From Gemmatimonadota bacterium (GTDB lineage Bacteria; Gemmatimonadota; Gemmatimonadetes; Gemmatimonadales; GWC2-71-9), in contig JANMXA010000042.1 of NCBI GenBank assembly GCA_031394255.1, positions 157,991-221,990 on the forward strand: a stretch of DNA of 64,000 nucleotides, read 5' to 3'. The notes beneath the pieces were generated by a model that did not search any database, was not told where the DNA came from, and saw only the letters and a list, made by a program, of their open reading frames with translations. The position numbers and the translations under genes are program-made. Each line of letters opens with the position of its first letter. Positions within the stretch are counted from its first letter, which is position 1. This document shows, in pieces, positions 1-8,847 of the stretch.

Positions 1-144
1 GGTCGGCGTCCACCCGTGCCACGGCGCATGTTCGAGCGGGGGGTAGATGGCACTCCAGGTCCCGGGATTGTTCACAAGCAGCATCCCCGCCACGGTCATG
101 CCACGCACCGCATCCAGGGCAACCCAACGCTCCGTTCGGTTCAT
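1..144 (-). CDS. Partial CDS (first 48 codons, continues past the window start): DUF5009 / heparan-alpha-glucosaminide N-acetyltransferase-like membrane acyltransferase
   Basis: Too short for the ORF track. Reverse-strand translation from the ATG at 144 gives [48 protein letters not shown] and stays open to the window edge. The LD..RG...M..VNNPG.W...PL.HA.W.G.T pattern matches my recollection of that family's N-terminus. Confidence 0.4.
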   Translation of the reverse strand, partial: MNRTERWVALDAVRGMTVAGMLLVNNPGTWSAIYPPLEHAPWHGWTPT

Positions 145-242
145 GTCGTCTTCCGTTCGCGGCGGGCTCGTGGCGGTCGTTCCCAGGAGCCTATATGTTA
201 TGCCATTCCTTCCCGACGCTCCACTTTCTGACGGACTGGGCT

Positions 243-2057
243 ATGACGACCTCCCGGCACATCTGGCCCATCTGGGCCCTCACCCTGGCCTTGGGCTGCG
301 GCAAACCGGAAGCAGCCGGGACCCTCATCAACATGTACGACAACCAGTTCAGCGGCGCCGTGGCTCGGGTTCCAGTCGGAACCCGGGTCACCTTTCTGAA
401 CGGGGGCCGGAGTGTCCACAACGCGACTGCCCTGGACGGTGCCTGGAAGAGCGGCGATGTCGCGGCCCATTCTTCGGGGGAGGGCCGTGGCGGCGACGTC
501 GTATTCGCCAAGCCCGGCGTGTACAAATACTACTGCTCGTACCACGGCACGAAGGATGGCCGCGGGATGGCCGGGGTCGTCGTGGTCGGCGACGTCAGCT
601 ACAGTCCGAGCCCGCGGGGCGCGATCGCCACGGTCGACAGCGCGACCGGCAAGGTGCGCCACGTCCCGGTGGATTATCCGACAATCCAGGCGGCCGTCGA
701 CGCAGCGCGCCCGGGAGATCTCGTCCTCGTCGGGCGCGGGGTCTATCGGGAGGAAGTGACGGTCACCACGCCGTCCTTGGTCATCCGGGGTGTCGACCGG
801 AATGAGACCATCATCGACGGTGAGTTCGTCCGTGGCAACGGCGTGACCGTGCTGGCCGACGCGGTCGCCGTCGAGAACCTGACCGCTCGCAATGCCATCC
901 TGAACGGCTTCTTCTGGACCGGGGTGACGGGGTTTCGCGGCTCATTCCTCACCGCATACAACAATGGCGACTACGGGATCTATGCCTTCGGATCGAATGA
1001 CGGGGTGTTCGAGGACTCCTATGCGTCGGGGTCGCCGGATTCCGGGTTCTATATCGGCCAGTGCTATCCCTGCCGCATCGTGATCCGTAGCGTTGTGGCC
1101 GAGCGCAATGGCCTCGGCTATTCGGGCACCAATGCCGGCGGTCAACTGTATCTGGTCAGCTCGATCTGGCGGAACAACCGGGCCGGCATTGTTCCCTCGT
1201 CGCTCGATGTGGAGCTTGATCCACCCCAGCGGAACGCCGTCTATGCGGCCAACCTGGTGATCGACAATAACAACGCAGACGCCCCCGCCATCGCCATCAA
1301 CTCCGTGGCCTTCGGCAACGGGATTCTGCTGGCCGGTTCGGTCCGGGATACCGTCATTCGCAACGTGGTCCTCGATCATGCCGGCCACGGTATCCTGGCA
1401 AGCCCGATCCAGGACCGGAACTTCTACCCGGCCGTCGATAACGTCGTCCGGGACAACATCGTCCTTGGGTCCGGCCGCGGCGACCTCGCGAACGCAGGCC
1501 CCGGCTCGGCGGGCAATTGTTTTTCCGGCAACGAGTACCGAACAGCGGTTCCGTTCGGCCTGGAGGCAGCCCGCAGTTGCCAGGGCCTGACGATTCCGTG
1601 GTGGTCGGACTGGGTGCCGTTCGGGACCATTTTTGCCCGGGCGCTCCAGCTCAAAGAGCCGTTTCCCGATTGGAAGACACAGGCGCCTCCCCTCCCGCAA
1701 CGGGGGATGCCGACGCCTGAGTCCGCGCCGGCGCGAGTCGCCAGCCACGTCTTTGAGTCGCTCCATTTCGACCTCGCCGGCGCCACGGTACCGGCCGGGA
1801 CCGATTCAATCGTGGCGGCCTGGCGGAAAGGCGCCGTATCCCACGACCGGACGCCGGGCTTGCTTGGTCGGATTGCTGCCAATGCCGCCTTCCTGATCGG
1901 GCCGCTCGTCCTTTGCTGGTGGCTCATGCGGGCATTGCGACGGCGGAAAGGCCCGGTTGATCGCCCGTGGGGCCGGCGACTCGGCGCGTTGGTGACCGGG
2001 CTGCTCGCCTGGGTTGCGGTGGTCGGGCTCAGTGTCTGGTACTATAGCCGGATCTGA
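243..2057 (+). CDS. Membrane-anchored fusion protein: N-terminal type-1 cupredoxin, right-handed parallel beta-helix (NosD/CASH-like), C-terminal two-helix membrane anchor
   Basis: ORF 195..2057 trimmed to the internal ATG at 243, which begins a signal/lipobox-like sequence MTTSRHIWPIWALTLALGCG. Cupredoxin ligand pattern: SVHNAT ... YYCSYHGTKDGRGMAG (His, Cys-x2-His-x7-Met). Beta-helix entry motif YPTIQAAVDAARPGDLVLVGRGVYREEVTV, followed by repetitive N/G/I-rich turns resembling the NosD at 45697. The C-terminus has hydrophobic stretches FLIGPLVLCWWLM and LGALVTGLLAWVAVVGLSVWYY. Confidence 0.8.
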   Translation: MTTSRHIWPIWALTLALGCGKPEAAGTLINMYDNQFSGAVARVPVGTRVTFLNGGRSVHNATALDGAWKSGDVAAHSSGEGRGGDVVFAKPGVYKYYCSYHGTKDGRGMAGVVVVGDVSYSPSPRGAIATVDSATGKVRHVPVDYPTIQAAVDAARPGDLVLVGRGVYREEVTVTTPSLVIRGVDRNETIIDGEFVRGNGVTVLADAVAVENLTARNAILNGFFWTGVTGFRGSFLTAYNNGDYGIYAFGSNDGVFEDSYASGSPDSGFYIGQCYPCRIVIRSVVAERNGLGYSGTNAGGQLYLVSSIWRNNRAGIVPSSLDVELDPPQRNAVYAANLVIDNNNADAPAIAINSVAFGNGILLAGSVRDTVIRNVVLDHAGHGILASPIQDRNFYPAVDNVVRDNIVLGSGRGDLANAGPGSAGNCFSGNEYRTAVPFGLEAARSCQGLTIPWWSDWVPFGTIFARALQLKEPFPDWKTQAPPLPQRGMPTPESAPARVASHVFESLHFDLAGATVPAGTDSIVAAWRKGAVSHDRTPGLLGRIAANAAFLIGPLVLCWWLMRALRRRKGPVDRPWGRRLGALVTGLLAWVAVVGLSVWYYSRI

Positions 2058-2060
2058 GCC

Positions 2061-3047
2061 GTGTCGATCACTCGTAGGGAACTGATATTGGTGGCCGGCG
2101 GCGCCGTGGCCGGCGCCGGCGCGCTGCTCGGCCACCGTGCCTGGCTCGATCGAAGCCGGCTCGCGGGCACCGGCGGGGTCCCGCCCCGGCCGACAGCACA
2201 GCGCTACGGGCATGGCGCCATGCCTCCCACCGACCTGGGCCCGCTCAGCCTCGACGCGGCGACCTGGCCGCCCAGGGCCGACATCCGGGCGGGCCAAACG
2301 ACGCGGCGTGTCACGCTGGAGGTCGTCGATCAGGCCATCGGAATTTCCGTTGATCGGGTCTTCGATGCCTGGACCTTCGGGGGGACCGTGCCCGGTCCGA
2401 CGCTGCGGGCGAACGAGGGCGATATTCTGGAAATCACACTGCGGAACCGAACCACCCATGCCCATAACCTCCACTTCCATGGCAGCCACGAAATCGAGGC
2501 GGATGGGTGGGAGCCCGTGCCGCCCGGAGGCGAGGCCGTCTATCGCCTGACGGCCGGTCCGTACGGCGTTCACCCCTATCATTGCGACTTTACGCCGAGC
2601 GAAGACCATATCGCCAACGGCCTATATGGTTTGCTGATCGTCGATCCGCCCCACGGACGTGAGCCTGCCGAGGAACTGGTCCTGGTCCTGTGCGGGTTCG
2701 ATACCGACGGCGACGGCAAGGGTGACTTGTTCGGCTGGAATGGCCCGGCCGGATTTTATGCCAAGTATCCAATCAAGGTGGACACCGGCCGGTTGGTCCG
2801 GGCCTACGTTGCCAATTTCGTCAGCGACGCCCCGCTCGCGTCCTTCCACCTCCACGCGGAGATGTTCGACGTCTATCGCAACGGGACCCGGCGGGAGCCG
2901 GACGAGCGGACCGACGTGCTCTCCCTTGGCCCTGTGGAGCGGGCCGTGATCGAGTTCCGCTTGCCCCGGCGCGGGCGCTACATGTTCCACCCCCATCAGC
3001 GGGCCCTGGCCGAACACGGGGCGATGGGGTGGTTCTCCGCTGTCTGA
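2061..3047 (+). CDS. Tat-exported two-domain cupredoxin protein, copper nitrite reductase (NirK)/multicopper-oxidase-like
   Basis: GTG start 3 nt after the upstream stop. Twin-arginine signal MSITRRELILVAGGAVAGAGALLG. NirK-like motifs: HAHNLHFHG (cf. HN.DFH), HPYHCDFTPSEDHIANGLYGLLIV (cf. YHC..x..H...GM.G..V) and YMFHPHQRALAEHGAMGWF (cf. Y.NHNLIEA..LGA). Confidence 0.8.
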   Translation: MSITRRELILVAGGAVAGAGALLGHRAWLDRSRLAGTGGVPPRPTAQRYGHGAMPPTDLGPLSLDAATWPPRADIRAGQTTRRVTLEVVDQAIGISVDRVFDAWTFGGTVPGPTLRANEGDILEITLRNRTTHAHNLHFHGSHEIEADGWEPVPPGGEAVYRLTAGPYGVHPYHCDFTPSEDHIANGLYGLLIVDPPHGREPAEELVLVLCGFDTDGDGKGDLFGWNGPAGFYAKYPIKVDTGRLVRAYVANFVSDAPLASFHLHAEMFDVYRNGTRREPDERTDVLSLGPVERAVIEFRLPRRGRYMFHPHQRALAEHGAMGWFSAV

Positions 3048-3349
3048 CCAGTCAAGATTGCTGTATCGTTTCGTTGCATCAACCGTGGCCATCGATCGTT
3101 TTCCGCGAATTCTCAGTTCTCCAAGTCTTTGTCACTTAAGTGGTTCACGTCAGCGCCCGTGATCGCCAGCGCCTGGTGATTTGATCGAATGATCGTACCA
3201 GGTGCGGACGCACCCGCTGTCAGGGGCTGCGCGTTTCTCCGATGTCATCATACGTTAATCGTTCATATGGGCCGGTCCGCCTCAGCCCGACACGATACCA
3301 TCGGCGGCCCGAATTTCTTGCCCGATCGTGCCCTTCCAAGGAGGAGTCT

Positions 3350-3721
3350 ATGCGGCGAGTGACCATGTTCCTTGCGGCGTCATGGATGTTGTTGGCGGCA
3401 TGCGGAGGCACTCCCGATCCCATTTCTCCGCCCCCTCCACCACCGCCGCCTTCGCCTCCTGCACCGCCCAACGCGATATCGGTCAGTTCGAACCAGTTCA
3501 ATCCGTCGCAGTTGACGGTCAGCACCGGTACCACGGTGACTTGGAACTTCCAGAGCGGGCCCCACAACGTGACGTTCCAGGACAACCAGGGGAGTTCAGG
3601 CGACCAGTCCAGCGGGAGCCACGACCGGACCTTCAACGCCACCGGAACATTCCGGTACCGCTGCACTCATCATTCCTCGGATTTCACCAGTGGGATGAGC
3701 GGGTCGGTCGTCGTGCAGTAG
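3350..3721 (+). CDS. Small type-1 cupredoxin (plastocyanin/amicyanin-like) lipoprotein with a polyproline tether
   Basis: ORF 3242..3721 trimmed to the ATG at 3350, preceded by AAGGAGGA. Lipoprotein signal MRRVTMFLAASWMLLAACGG, linker PPPPPPPPSPPAPP. Cu ligands GPHNVTF ... YRCTHHSSDFTSGMSG. Confidence 0.8.
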   Translation: MRRVTMFLAASWMLLAACGGTPDPISPPPPPPPPSPPAPPNAISVSSNQFNPSQLTVSTGTTVTWNFQSGPHNVTFQDNQGSSGDQSSGSHDRTFNATGTFRYRCTHHSSDFTSGMSGSVVVQ

Positions 3722-3740
3722 GACCAGGTTCCTGAATGAG

Positions 3741-3776
3741 AAACGGGGGCCGCTCCTGAGCGGCCCCCGTTTTCTT
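3741..3776. terminator. Bidirectional intrinsic terminator between the convergent cupredoxin gene and ahcY
   Basis: Perfect hairpin AACGGGGGCCGC-TCCTGA-GCGGCCCCCGTT (3742-3771) followed by TTTCTT. An A-run on the other side serves the opposite strand. Confidence 0.7.
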
Positions 3777-3793
3777 GATCCCGCCCGGCGATG

Positions 3794-5284
3794 TCAGTAT
3801 CGGTAGTGGTCAGGCTTGTAGGGACCGTCCGAAGCGACGCCGATGTACGCCGCCTGCTCCGCCGTGAGCCGGGTGAGCTTGACGCCCAGCTTGTCAAGGT
3901 GAAGCCGGGCGACCTTCTCGTCGAGATGCTTGGGGAGTACGTACACCTTCCGCTGATATTCTCCGGCGTTCTGGTGCAACTCGATCTGAGCCATCACCTG
4001 GTTCGTGAAGCTCGCCGACATCACGAAACTCGGGTGCCCGGTGGCGCAGCCGAGATTGAGCAGTCGCCCCTCGGCGAGAATCATGACGCTGTGGCCATCG
4101 GGAAAGACCCACTCGTCGTACTGGGGCTTGATGTTGATCCGCTTGATGCCCTTGGTCTTCTTGAGTCCGGCCATGTCGATCTCGTTGTCGAAATGGCCGA
4201 TGTTGCCCACGATGGCCTTGTCCTTCATCCGTGCCATGTGGTCGGCCGTCAGGATGTTGAAGTTGCCCGTGGCCGTGATGAAGATGTCCGCCGTCGCGAT
4301 GACGTCGTCGATGGTGAGGACCTGATACCCCTCCATGGCTGCCTGCAGTGCGCAGATGGGATCGATCTCCGTCACCACGACCCGCGCCCCCTGACCCCGG
4401 AGCGCCTGGGCGCACCCTTTCCCGACTTCGCCGAATCCGCACACGACGGCGAGCTTGCCCGAGATCATGACGTCGCTGGCGCGATTGAGGCCGTCGATGA
4501 CGGAGTGTCGACAGCCATAGATGTTGTCGAATTTCGACTTGGTCACCGAATCGTTGACGTTGATTGCCGGGAACAGCAGCGTCCCTGCTTTCGTCATTTC
4601 GTAGAGCCGGTGGACCCCGGTCGTGGTTTCCTCGGACACGCCGCGAATGGCCGCAGCGACCTTGGTCCAGCGTCCCGGATTCTTCGTGGCTTCGGCCCTG
4701 AGCAGGTCGAGAATGACGCCCCATTCCTCCGGGTCACTGTCGGCGTTGAAGGCCGGGATCGCTCCCGCCTTCTCGAACTCGGCTCCCTTATGCACGAGCA
4801 TGGTGGCGTCGCCGCCGTCGTCAAGAAGCAGATTCGGCCCACCGCCGTCCGGCCACATCAGCGCCTGCTCCGTGCACCACCAGTACTCCTCGAGTGTCTC
4901 GCCCTTCCACGCAAATACCGGGGTGCCCCGGGGCCGACTGACGGTCCCGTCGCGGCCCACTACCACCGCGGCCGCCGCGTGATCCTGGGTCGAGAAGATG
5001 TTGCATGAAACCCATCGGACATCGGCCCCAAGGTCGGTCAGGGTCTCGATCAACACAGCCGTCTGCACGGTCATGTGCAACGAACCCATGATCCGGGCCC
5101 CGGCGAGGGGCTTCTTGCCCCTGTGCTCAGCCCGGATCGCCATGAGGCCGGGCATTTCGTGTTCAGCGAGCCGGATCTCCTTGCGGCCGAATTCGGCTTC
5201 GCCAAGGTCGCGAACCTTGAAGGGCGGACGGCCCTTTCCCATGACGGCGTCGAAAGGGTGAGGTTCAAGGACAGTCGTAGCCAC
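3794..5284 (-). CDS. ahcY: S-adenosyl-L-homocysteine hydrolase (adenosylhomocysteinase)
   Basis: ORF 3794..5407 trimmed to the in-frame GTG at 5284 (GGGAGA upstream, 15 nt after the upstream stop). Hallmarks: [30 protein letters not shown]-binding [14 protein letters not shown]-terminal YKPDHYRY. Confidence 0.95.
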   Translation of the reverse strand: MATTVLEPHPFDAVMGKGRPPFKVRDLGEAEFGRKEIRLAEHEMPGLMAIRAEHRGKKPLAGARIMGSLHMTVQTAVLIETLTDLGADVRWVSCNIFSTQDHAAAAVVVGRDGTVSRPRGTPVFAWKGETLEEYWWCTEQALMWPDGGGPNLLLDDGGDATMLVHKGAEFEKAGAIPAFNADSDPEEWGVILDLLRAEATKNPGRWTKVAAAIRGVSEETTTGVHRLYEMTKAGTLLFPAINVNDSVTKSKFDNIYGCRHSVIDGLNRASDVMISGKLAVVCGFGEVGKGCAQALRGQGARVVVTEIDPICALQAAMEGYQVLTIDDVIATADIFITATGNFNILTADHMARMKDKAIVGNIGHFDNEIDMAGLKKTKGIKRINIKPQYDEWVFPDGHSVMILAEGRLLNLGCATGHPSFVMSASFTNQVMAQIELHQNAGEYQRKVYVLPKHLDEKVARLHLDKLGVKLTRLTAEQAAYIGVASDGPYKPDHYRY

Positions 5285-5298
5285 GTTCTTTCTCCCGG

Positions 5299-6240
5299 TT
5301 AATGAAGTCTTCTGGCGGAGGCCACGAACATCAGCGGGCCCCGGGCCGCAGGTTGCGGCGGCAATCCGTGATAACTGAGGGTGTCGAGACCGGCATCTCC
5401 GAACCACCGGCTGATGGCGTCGGCATCAAAGCCAAGCCACTGGTGACCCATGGTGTCACGATAATCGCCGTGTTCATGCGGCATCATGTCCACGACGATC
5501 AGCCGGCCCTTGGGTTTGAGAGTCCGGCTTGCTTCTCTGATGGCCCGGCTCGGCTCGGCAACGTGGTGCAGCACGAGCACGATCAAGGCGAGGTCGAGAG
5601 AGGCCGGCTCGATCGGAAGGGCCTCGAGAGACCCCAATCGCAATTCCACATTCGCGAGGTGAGCGAGTCGTTGCCGGGCCGACGCCAACATCGCCTCCGA
5701 CTCGTCCACTGCGATGACACCTGCCACGAATGGAGCAATGCTTGCGGCCAGCTGACCGGTGCCAGCGCCAAGGTCGCCGACCACCCACTCGGCATCCAGC
5801 AGCCCGCCCAGGGCCATCCACTCGATCCCGACACCGAAGAGTTCAGTCCGCAGCCGGTCCCAGTCCCCCGCGCTTGTCGCGAAGAATTCCTGACTTCGCG
5901 AGTGACGGCCGGCCAACACCGTTCGGATCCGTTCGGCATCCCGCCGGGCGGCCGGCGTGGGCCCGAATTGCTCGCGTACGACATCCCACAATCGGCGGGC
6001 GTCGGGGTCCAGCACCGCACTATTCAGCCGGTACCAGTTGCTGTTCCCGTTTGCCCGACTCGCAATCCAGCCATCATCCCCAAGGACCCGGAGATGACGA
6101 CTCACTGTTGATTGGGGGAGTTGAACCGCCTGGCACAGCTCGTTGACGGCCAATTCCTGCTGCTCCAACAACAGCAACAGCCGACACCGGGTGGGGTCGG
6201 AAAGCGAGCTGAGCCGAGAAAATAGAGGTGCGGTAGTCAT
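5299..6240 (-). CDS. ArsR-family wHTH fused to a class I SAM-methyltransferase-fold domain (SahR-like regulator of the methyl cycle)
   Basis: N-terminal [39 protein letters not shown]-binding motif [13 protein letters not shown]. Sits directly upstream of ahcY, the known SahR architecture and context. Confidence 0.8.
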   Translation of the reverse strand: MTTAPLFSRLSSLSDPTRCRLLLLLEQQELAVNELCQAVQLPQSTVSRHLRVLGDDGWIASRANGNSNWYRLNSAVLDPDARRLWDVVREQFGPTPAARRDAERIRTVLAGRHSRSQEFFATSAGDWDRLRTELFGVGIEWMALGGLLDAEWVVGDLGAGTGQLAASIAPFVAGVIAVDESEAMLASARQRLAHLANVELRLGSLEALPIEPASLDLALIVLVLHHVAEPSRAIREASRTLKPKGRLIVVDMMPHEHGDYRDTMGHQWLGFDADAISRWFGDAGLDTLSYHGLPPQPAARGPLMFVASARRLH

Positions 6241-6251
6241 CCCTTAATCCG

Positions 6252-6286
6252 GATGAATAGATACATCATCGACTACCGCAGGTCAA
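6252..6286 (-). promoter_or_regulatory. Candidate sigma70-type promoter and operator for the SahR-like/ahcY operon
   Basis: In the low-GC gap 6241-6345, read on the minus strand: TTGACC (6286-6281), 17 nt, TATCTA (6263-6258). The inverted repeat GATGA-N9-TCATC (6252-6270) overlaps the -10. Pattern only. Confidence 0.25.
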
Positions 6287-6345
6287 TACTCGGATTTACT
6301 GTATGTTAACTATTTGTCATTATTATACTTGCAAGAGCAGCGATC

Positions 6346-7725
6346 TTACGGTCCGACGTCGTGCCAGCCGGTGGCCTCTTGGTACATGGAGCCGAGCGAC
6401 AGCAGTATGTCGTCCCGCCCAAGGTCGCCGACCAGCTGCATGGCGATCGGCAGCCCGGTCCGGCTCCTGCCGCACGGCAGGGCCAAGGCGGGGACGCCGG
6501 TGAGATTCTGGGGTGCGTTGTAATGACAAAAAGCCTCGGCGAGACTGAGGTCCCGTCCGTTCAGTCGCACGCCCTTCGTTCCGATCAGCGGTGGAAGGAC
6601 CGGCAACACCGCGCCGACCAAACAGTCGGCTTCGCGAAACAGCGCCTGATAGTCCGCGGCCAGCCTGAGCCTCACTTCCTCGGCCTGGACCAACTGTAGC
6701 GCGGTCAGCTGGTACCCCGTCTCCAGGCGGGAGCGAACCAGTGGGCCATATCCTTCGGGGTTCTCGCGGAGAAACCGGTCGTGGTAGCTGAGTGCTTCGG
6801 CGCCTACGATCACCCTCGAGGCTTCAAGTGAATCTTCCAGACTCGGGAGTTCCACGGATGAAATCCGCGCTCCGAGTTTTTCAAGGACGCGAATTGCGCG
6901 TTCGATAGCACGACCGATTTCGTCATCGACATCGCGAAGGAAGAACTCCGCCACCGCGATTCGGGGCCGCCGCACGCGCCGCCTGGCTGCGGTCCTCGCC
7001 CGCTGGGCCGCCGAGCGGGAGGTGACCATCGATGCGAACAGCAGTGCGGTGTCCGCGACCGTTCGAGCAATGGGACCGACATGATCGAGTGTCGCGGCAA
7101 GAGGAAACACGCCGTCGGTACTGACCGCTCCGAACGTTGGTTTGAGTCCAACGACACCACAACAGGCGGCCGGTATCCTGATCGAGCCGCGGGTGTCGGT
7201 CCCGACCGATCCGAGGCCCAGTCCGGCGGCGACGGCCGCGGCCGAGCCCCCACTGGACCCTCCGGCCACTCGGCCGATGTCCCAGGGGTTCCGGACAGCC
7301 CCAAAGTGTTCGTTGACGCTGGTGACACCGAAGGCGACCTCGTGCAGATTGGCCTTCCCGATGACAATCGCGCCGGCCCGCCGAAGCCGGGCCACGACGG
7401 GAGCATCAGTACCAGCGGGAATGCCGTCCGGGACGATCCGTGATCCCAGGGTGGTCGGGGCATCCCGGGTGAGAATCAGGTCCTTGATCGAAATCGGGAT
7501 CCCGAGCAGCGCCGGCAGTTGACCGCCGCCGGCCGCCTTCCGCTCCGCCTTGCGGGCGGCGAGGCGGGCCTCAGCAGCGGAGACTGACAGCAGCGCGTTG
7601 ATCGTCGGATTTTCCCGGTCGATCCTCTCCAACGTGGCGTCGATCAAATCGACGGGCGAGAGGCGGCGGGTCCGGATCAGGCTCGCAGCCTGGGCGATCG
7701 TCAGACGGGCGGATGGGGCGGCCAT
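6346..7725 (-). CDS. Amidase-signature family amidase (GatA-like)
   Basis: ORF 6346..7827 trimmed to MAAPSARLTIAQAASLIRTRRLSPVDL. Amidase signature GGSSGGSAAAVAAG and a KD..L (catalytic Lys) region. Confidence 0.85.
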   Translation of the reverse strand: MAAPSARLTIAQAASLIRTRRLSPVDLIDATLERIDRENPTINALLSVSAAEARLAARKAERKAAGGGQLPALLGIPISIKDLILTRDAPTTLGSRIVPDGIPAGTDAPVVARLRRAGAIVIGKANLHEVAFGVTSVNEHFGAVRNPWDIGRVAGGSSGGSAAAVAAGLGLGSVGTDTRGSIRIPAACCGVVGLKPTFGAVSTDGVFPLAATLDHVGPIARTVADTALLFASMVTSRSAAQRARTAARRRVRRPRIAVAEFFLRDVDDEIGRAIERAIRVLEKLGARISSVELPSLEDSLEASRVIVGAEALSYHDRFLRENPEGYGPLVRSRLETGYQLTALQLVQAEEVRLRLAADYQALFREADCLVGAVLPVLPPLIGTKGVRLNGRDLSLAEAFCHYNAPQNLTGVPALALPCGRSRTGLPIAMQLVGDLGRDDILLSLGSMYQEATGWHDVGP

Positions 7726-7848
7726 GGCCTGATAATAATGGAGCGGGTTCCAGGCTGGTTTCGTTCGTAGGGGGTTTCCGAGGCTCCCCATGTCATATTC
7801 CACGGCGCTCGGGGCCGCCCGGCCCAAGACGCTATTCGAGGAGAGTGA

Positions 7849-8394
7849 TTGGTGCGAAACGTACGACAGGTCTTTCCCGCGATGATTGCGGTCCTGGCCT
7901 TCGCGGCCGGCACTTCGCTGCAGGCCCAGGAACGCCGGCCGGATCGGCCGGACCCTAAGCCGCCACGGCCCAAGGAGATCAAACTCAAGGTCCGGCTCGA
8001 CCAGAAGCTCAAGTTCATGGCCGGGTGTTGGCAGGGCCGACTGGACGAGGAAACGATTGTGGAGGAGATCTGGAGCAATCCAACCGAGAATCTGCTCATC
8101 TCGACGACGAGGTACATCCAGCGGAATCGGGCGACGTCCTTTGAGATGAGCCGGATTCTGGCTACCGATTCAACCGTGACGTTCTCCGCCTCTTCAGAGG
8201 GGCGTCCGTTCGACGAGTACACGATGACCCAACTCGTTGACGAGTTTGTCCTGTTCGAGAACCCGAAGAAGAGTTTCCCCCAGAAGATCAGCTACCGGCT
8301 GGCGTCGGATGGGAGTTTGATTCCGCGCAATGAGGGGGTAGGGCAGACCGCGGTCGAAGTGCGATTCAAGAAAGTGAAGTGCCCCGGCTCCTGA
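7849..8394 (+). CDS. Secreted hypothetical protein (possibly DUF6265-like)
   Basis: TTG (7849) or GTG (7852) start after GAGGAGAG. Signal peptide VFPAMIAVLAFAAGTSLQAQE. Coding-like composition. Function unrecognised. Confidence 0.55.
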   Translation: MVRNVRQVFPAMIAVLAFAAGTSLQAQERRPDRPDPKPPRPKEIKLKVRLDQKLKFMAGCWQGRLDEETIVEEIWSNPTENLLISTTRYIQRNRATSFEMSRILATDSTVTFSASSEGRPFDEYTMTQLVDEFVLFENPKKSFPQKISYRLASDGSLIPRNEGVGQTAVEVRFKKVKCPGS

Positions 8395-8490
8395 CCACTG
8401 ACCGGGCCTGAATGAATTGTCGAGACAGCCCTCATTCCTTCCGCCGTCTCCACGGGGACGGCAGAAGGGTCTCGCCTCCTGTTGGAACCG

Positions 8491-8847
8491 CTATTGATTC
8501 GAGGTCACTTTCTTCCGGCTCACGGCCCACGTGCCGACTCTCCGCCGTCCTGACAGTTCCAGGTAGGAGACGACTTTTCCCTCGAGCTTGTCACCCGCGA
8601 GAATTCCCTCGAACGTTGTGGAAGTCTTTTCGCCGGTATCCGGATCCGGATATGGCTCAAGCCACCCGGTGACTTCCTTTCCTTCGCAGCGCACGAAACT
8701 GATCTTGATCACCCGCGGAGTGCGCTGGACCGGATCATCGGTTCGAACCGGCGCGGTAGGCACCTCGATGTTGGCCGGGACCATCATGACATCGCCAACC
8801 GCCGTATCGGTTCCCGCGGACCGCGACTGGGGTTCCCGGAACGCCAC
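8491..8847 (-). CDS. Hypothetical protein. Its natural N-terminal lipoprotein signal appears to lie out of frame upstream (see finding)
   Basis: ORF-track frame with protein-like composition (VIKISFVRCEGKEVTGWLEPYPDPDTGEK...). Only a GTG start is available at 8847, with a TGA four codons upstream in this frame. Confidence 0.55.
   Translation of the reverse strand: MAFREPQSRSAGTDTAVGDVMMVPANIEVPTAPVRTDDPVQRTPRVIKISFVRCEGKEVTGWLEPYPDPDTGEKTSTTFEGILAGDKLEGKVVSYLELSGRRRVGTWAVSRKKVTSNQ

Noticed and set aside
47-805. A 252-aa ORF at the window start, overlapping the cupredoxin fusion gene in another frame.
   Set aside because: Its composition is Arg/Gly/Pro-rich. The overlapping frame (243..2057) carries clear cupredoxin and beta-helix motifs.
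8740-8749. GGTTCGAACC, resembling a tRNA T-arm (a similar string occurs near 40506 and 41351).
   Set aside because: It lies inside coding sequence, is a simple palindrome, and has no flanking acceptor or anticodon arm complementarity.
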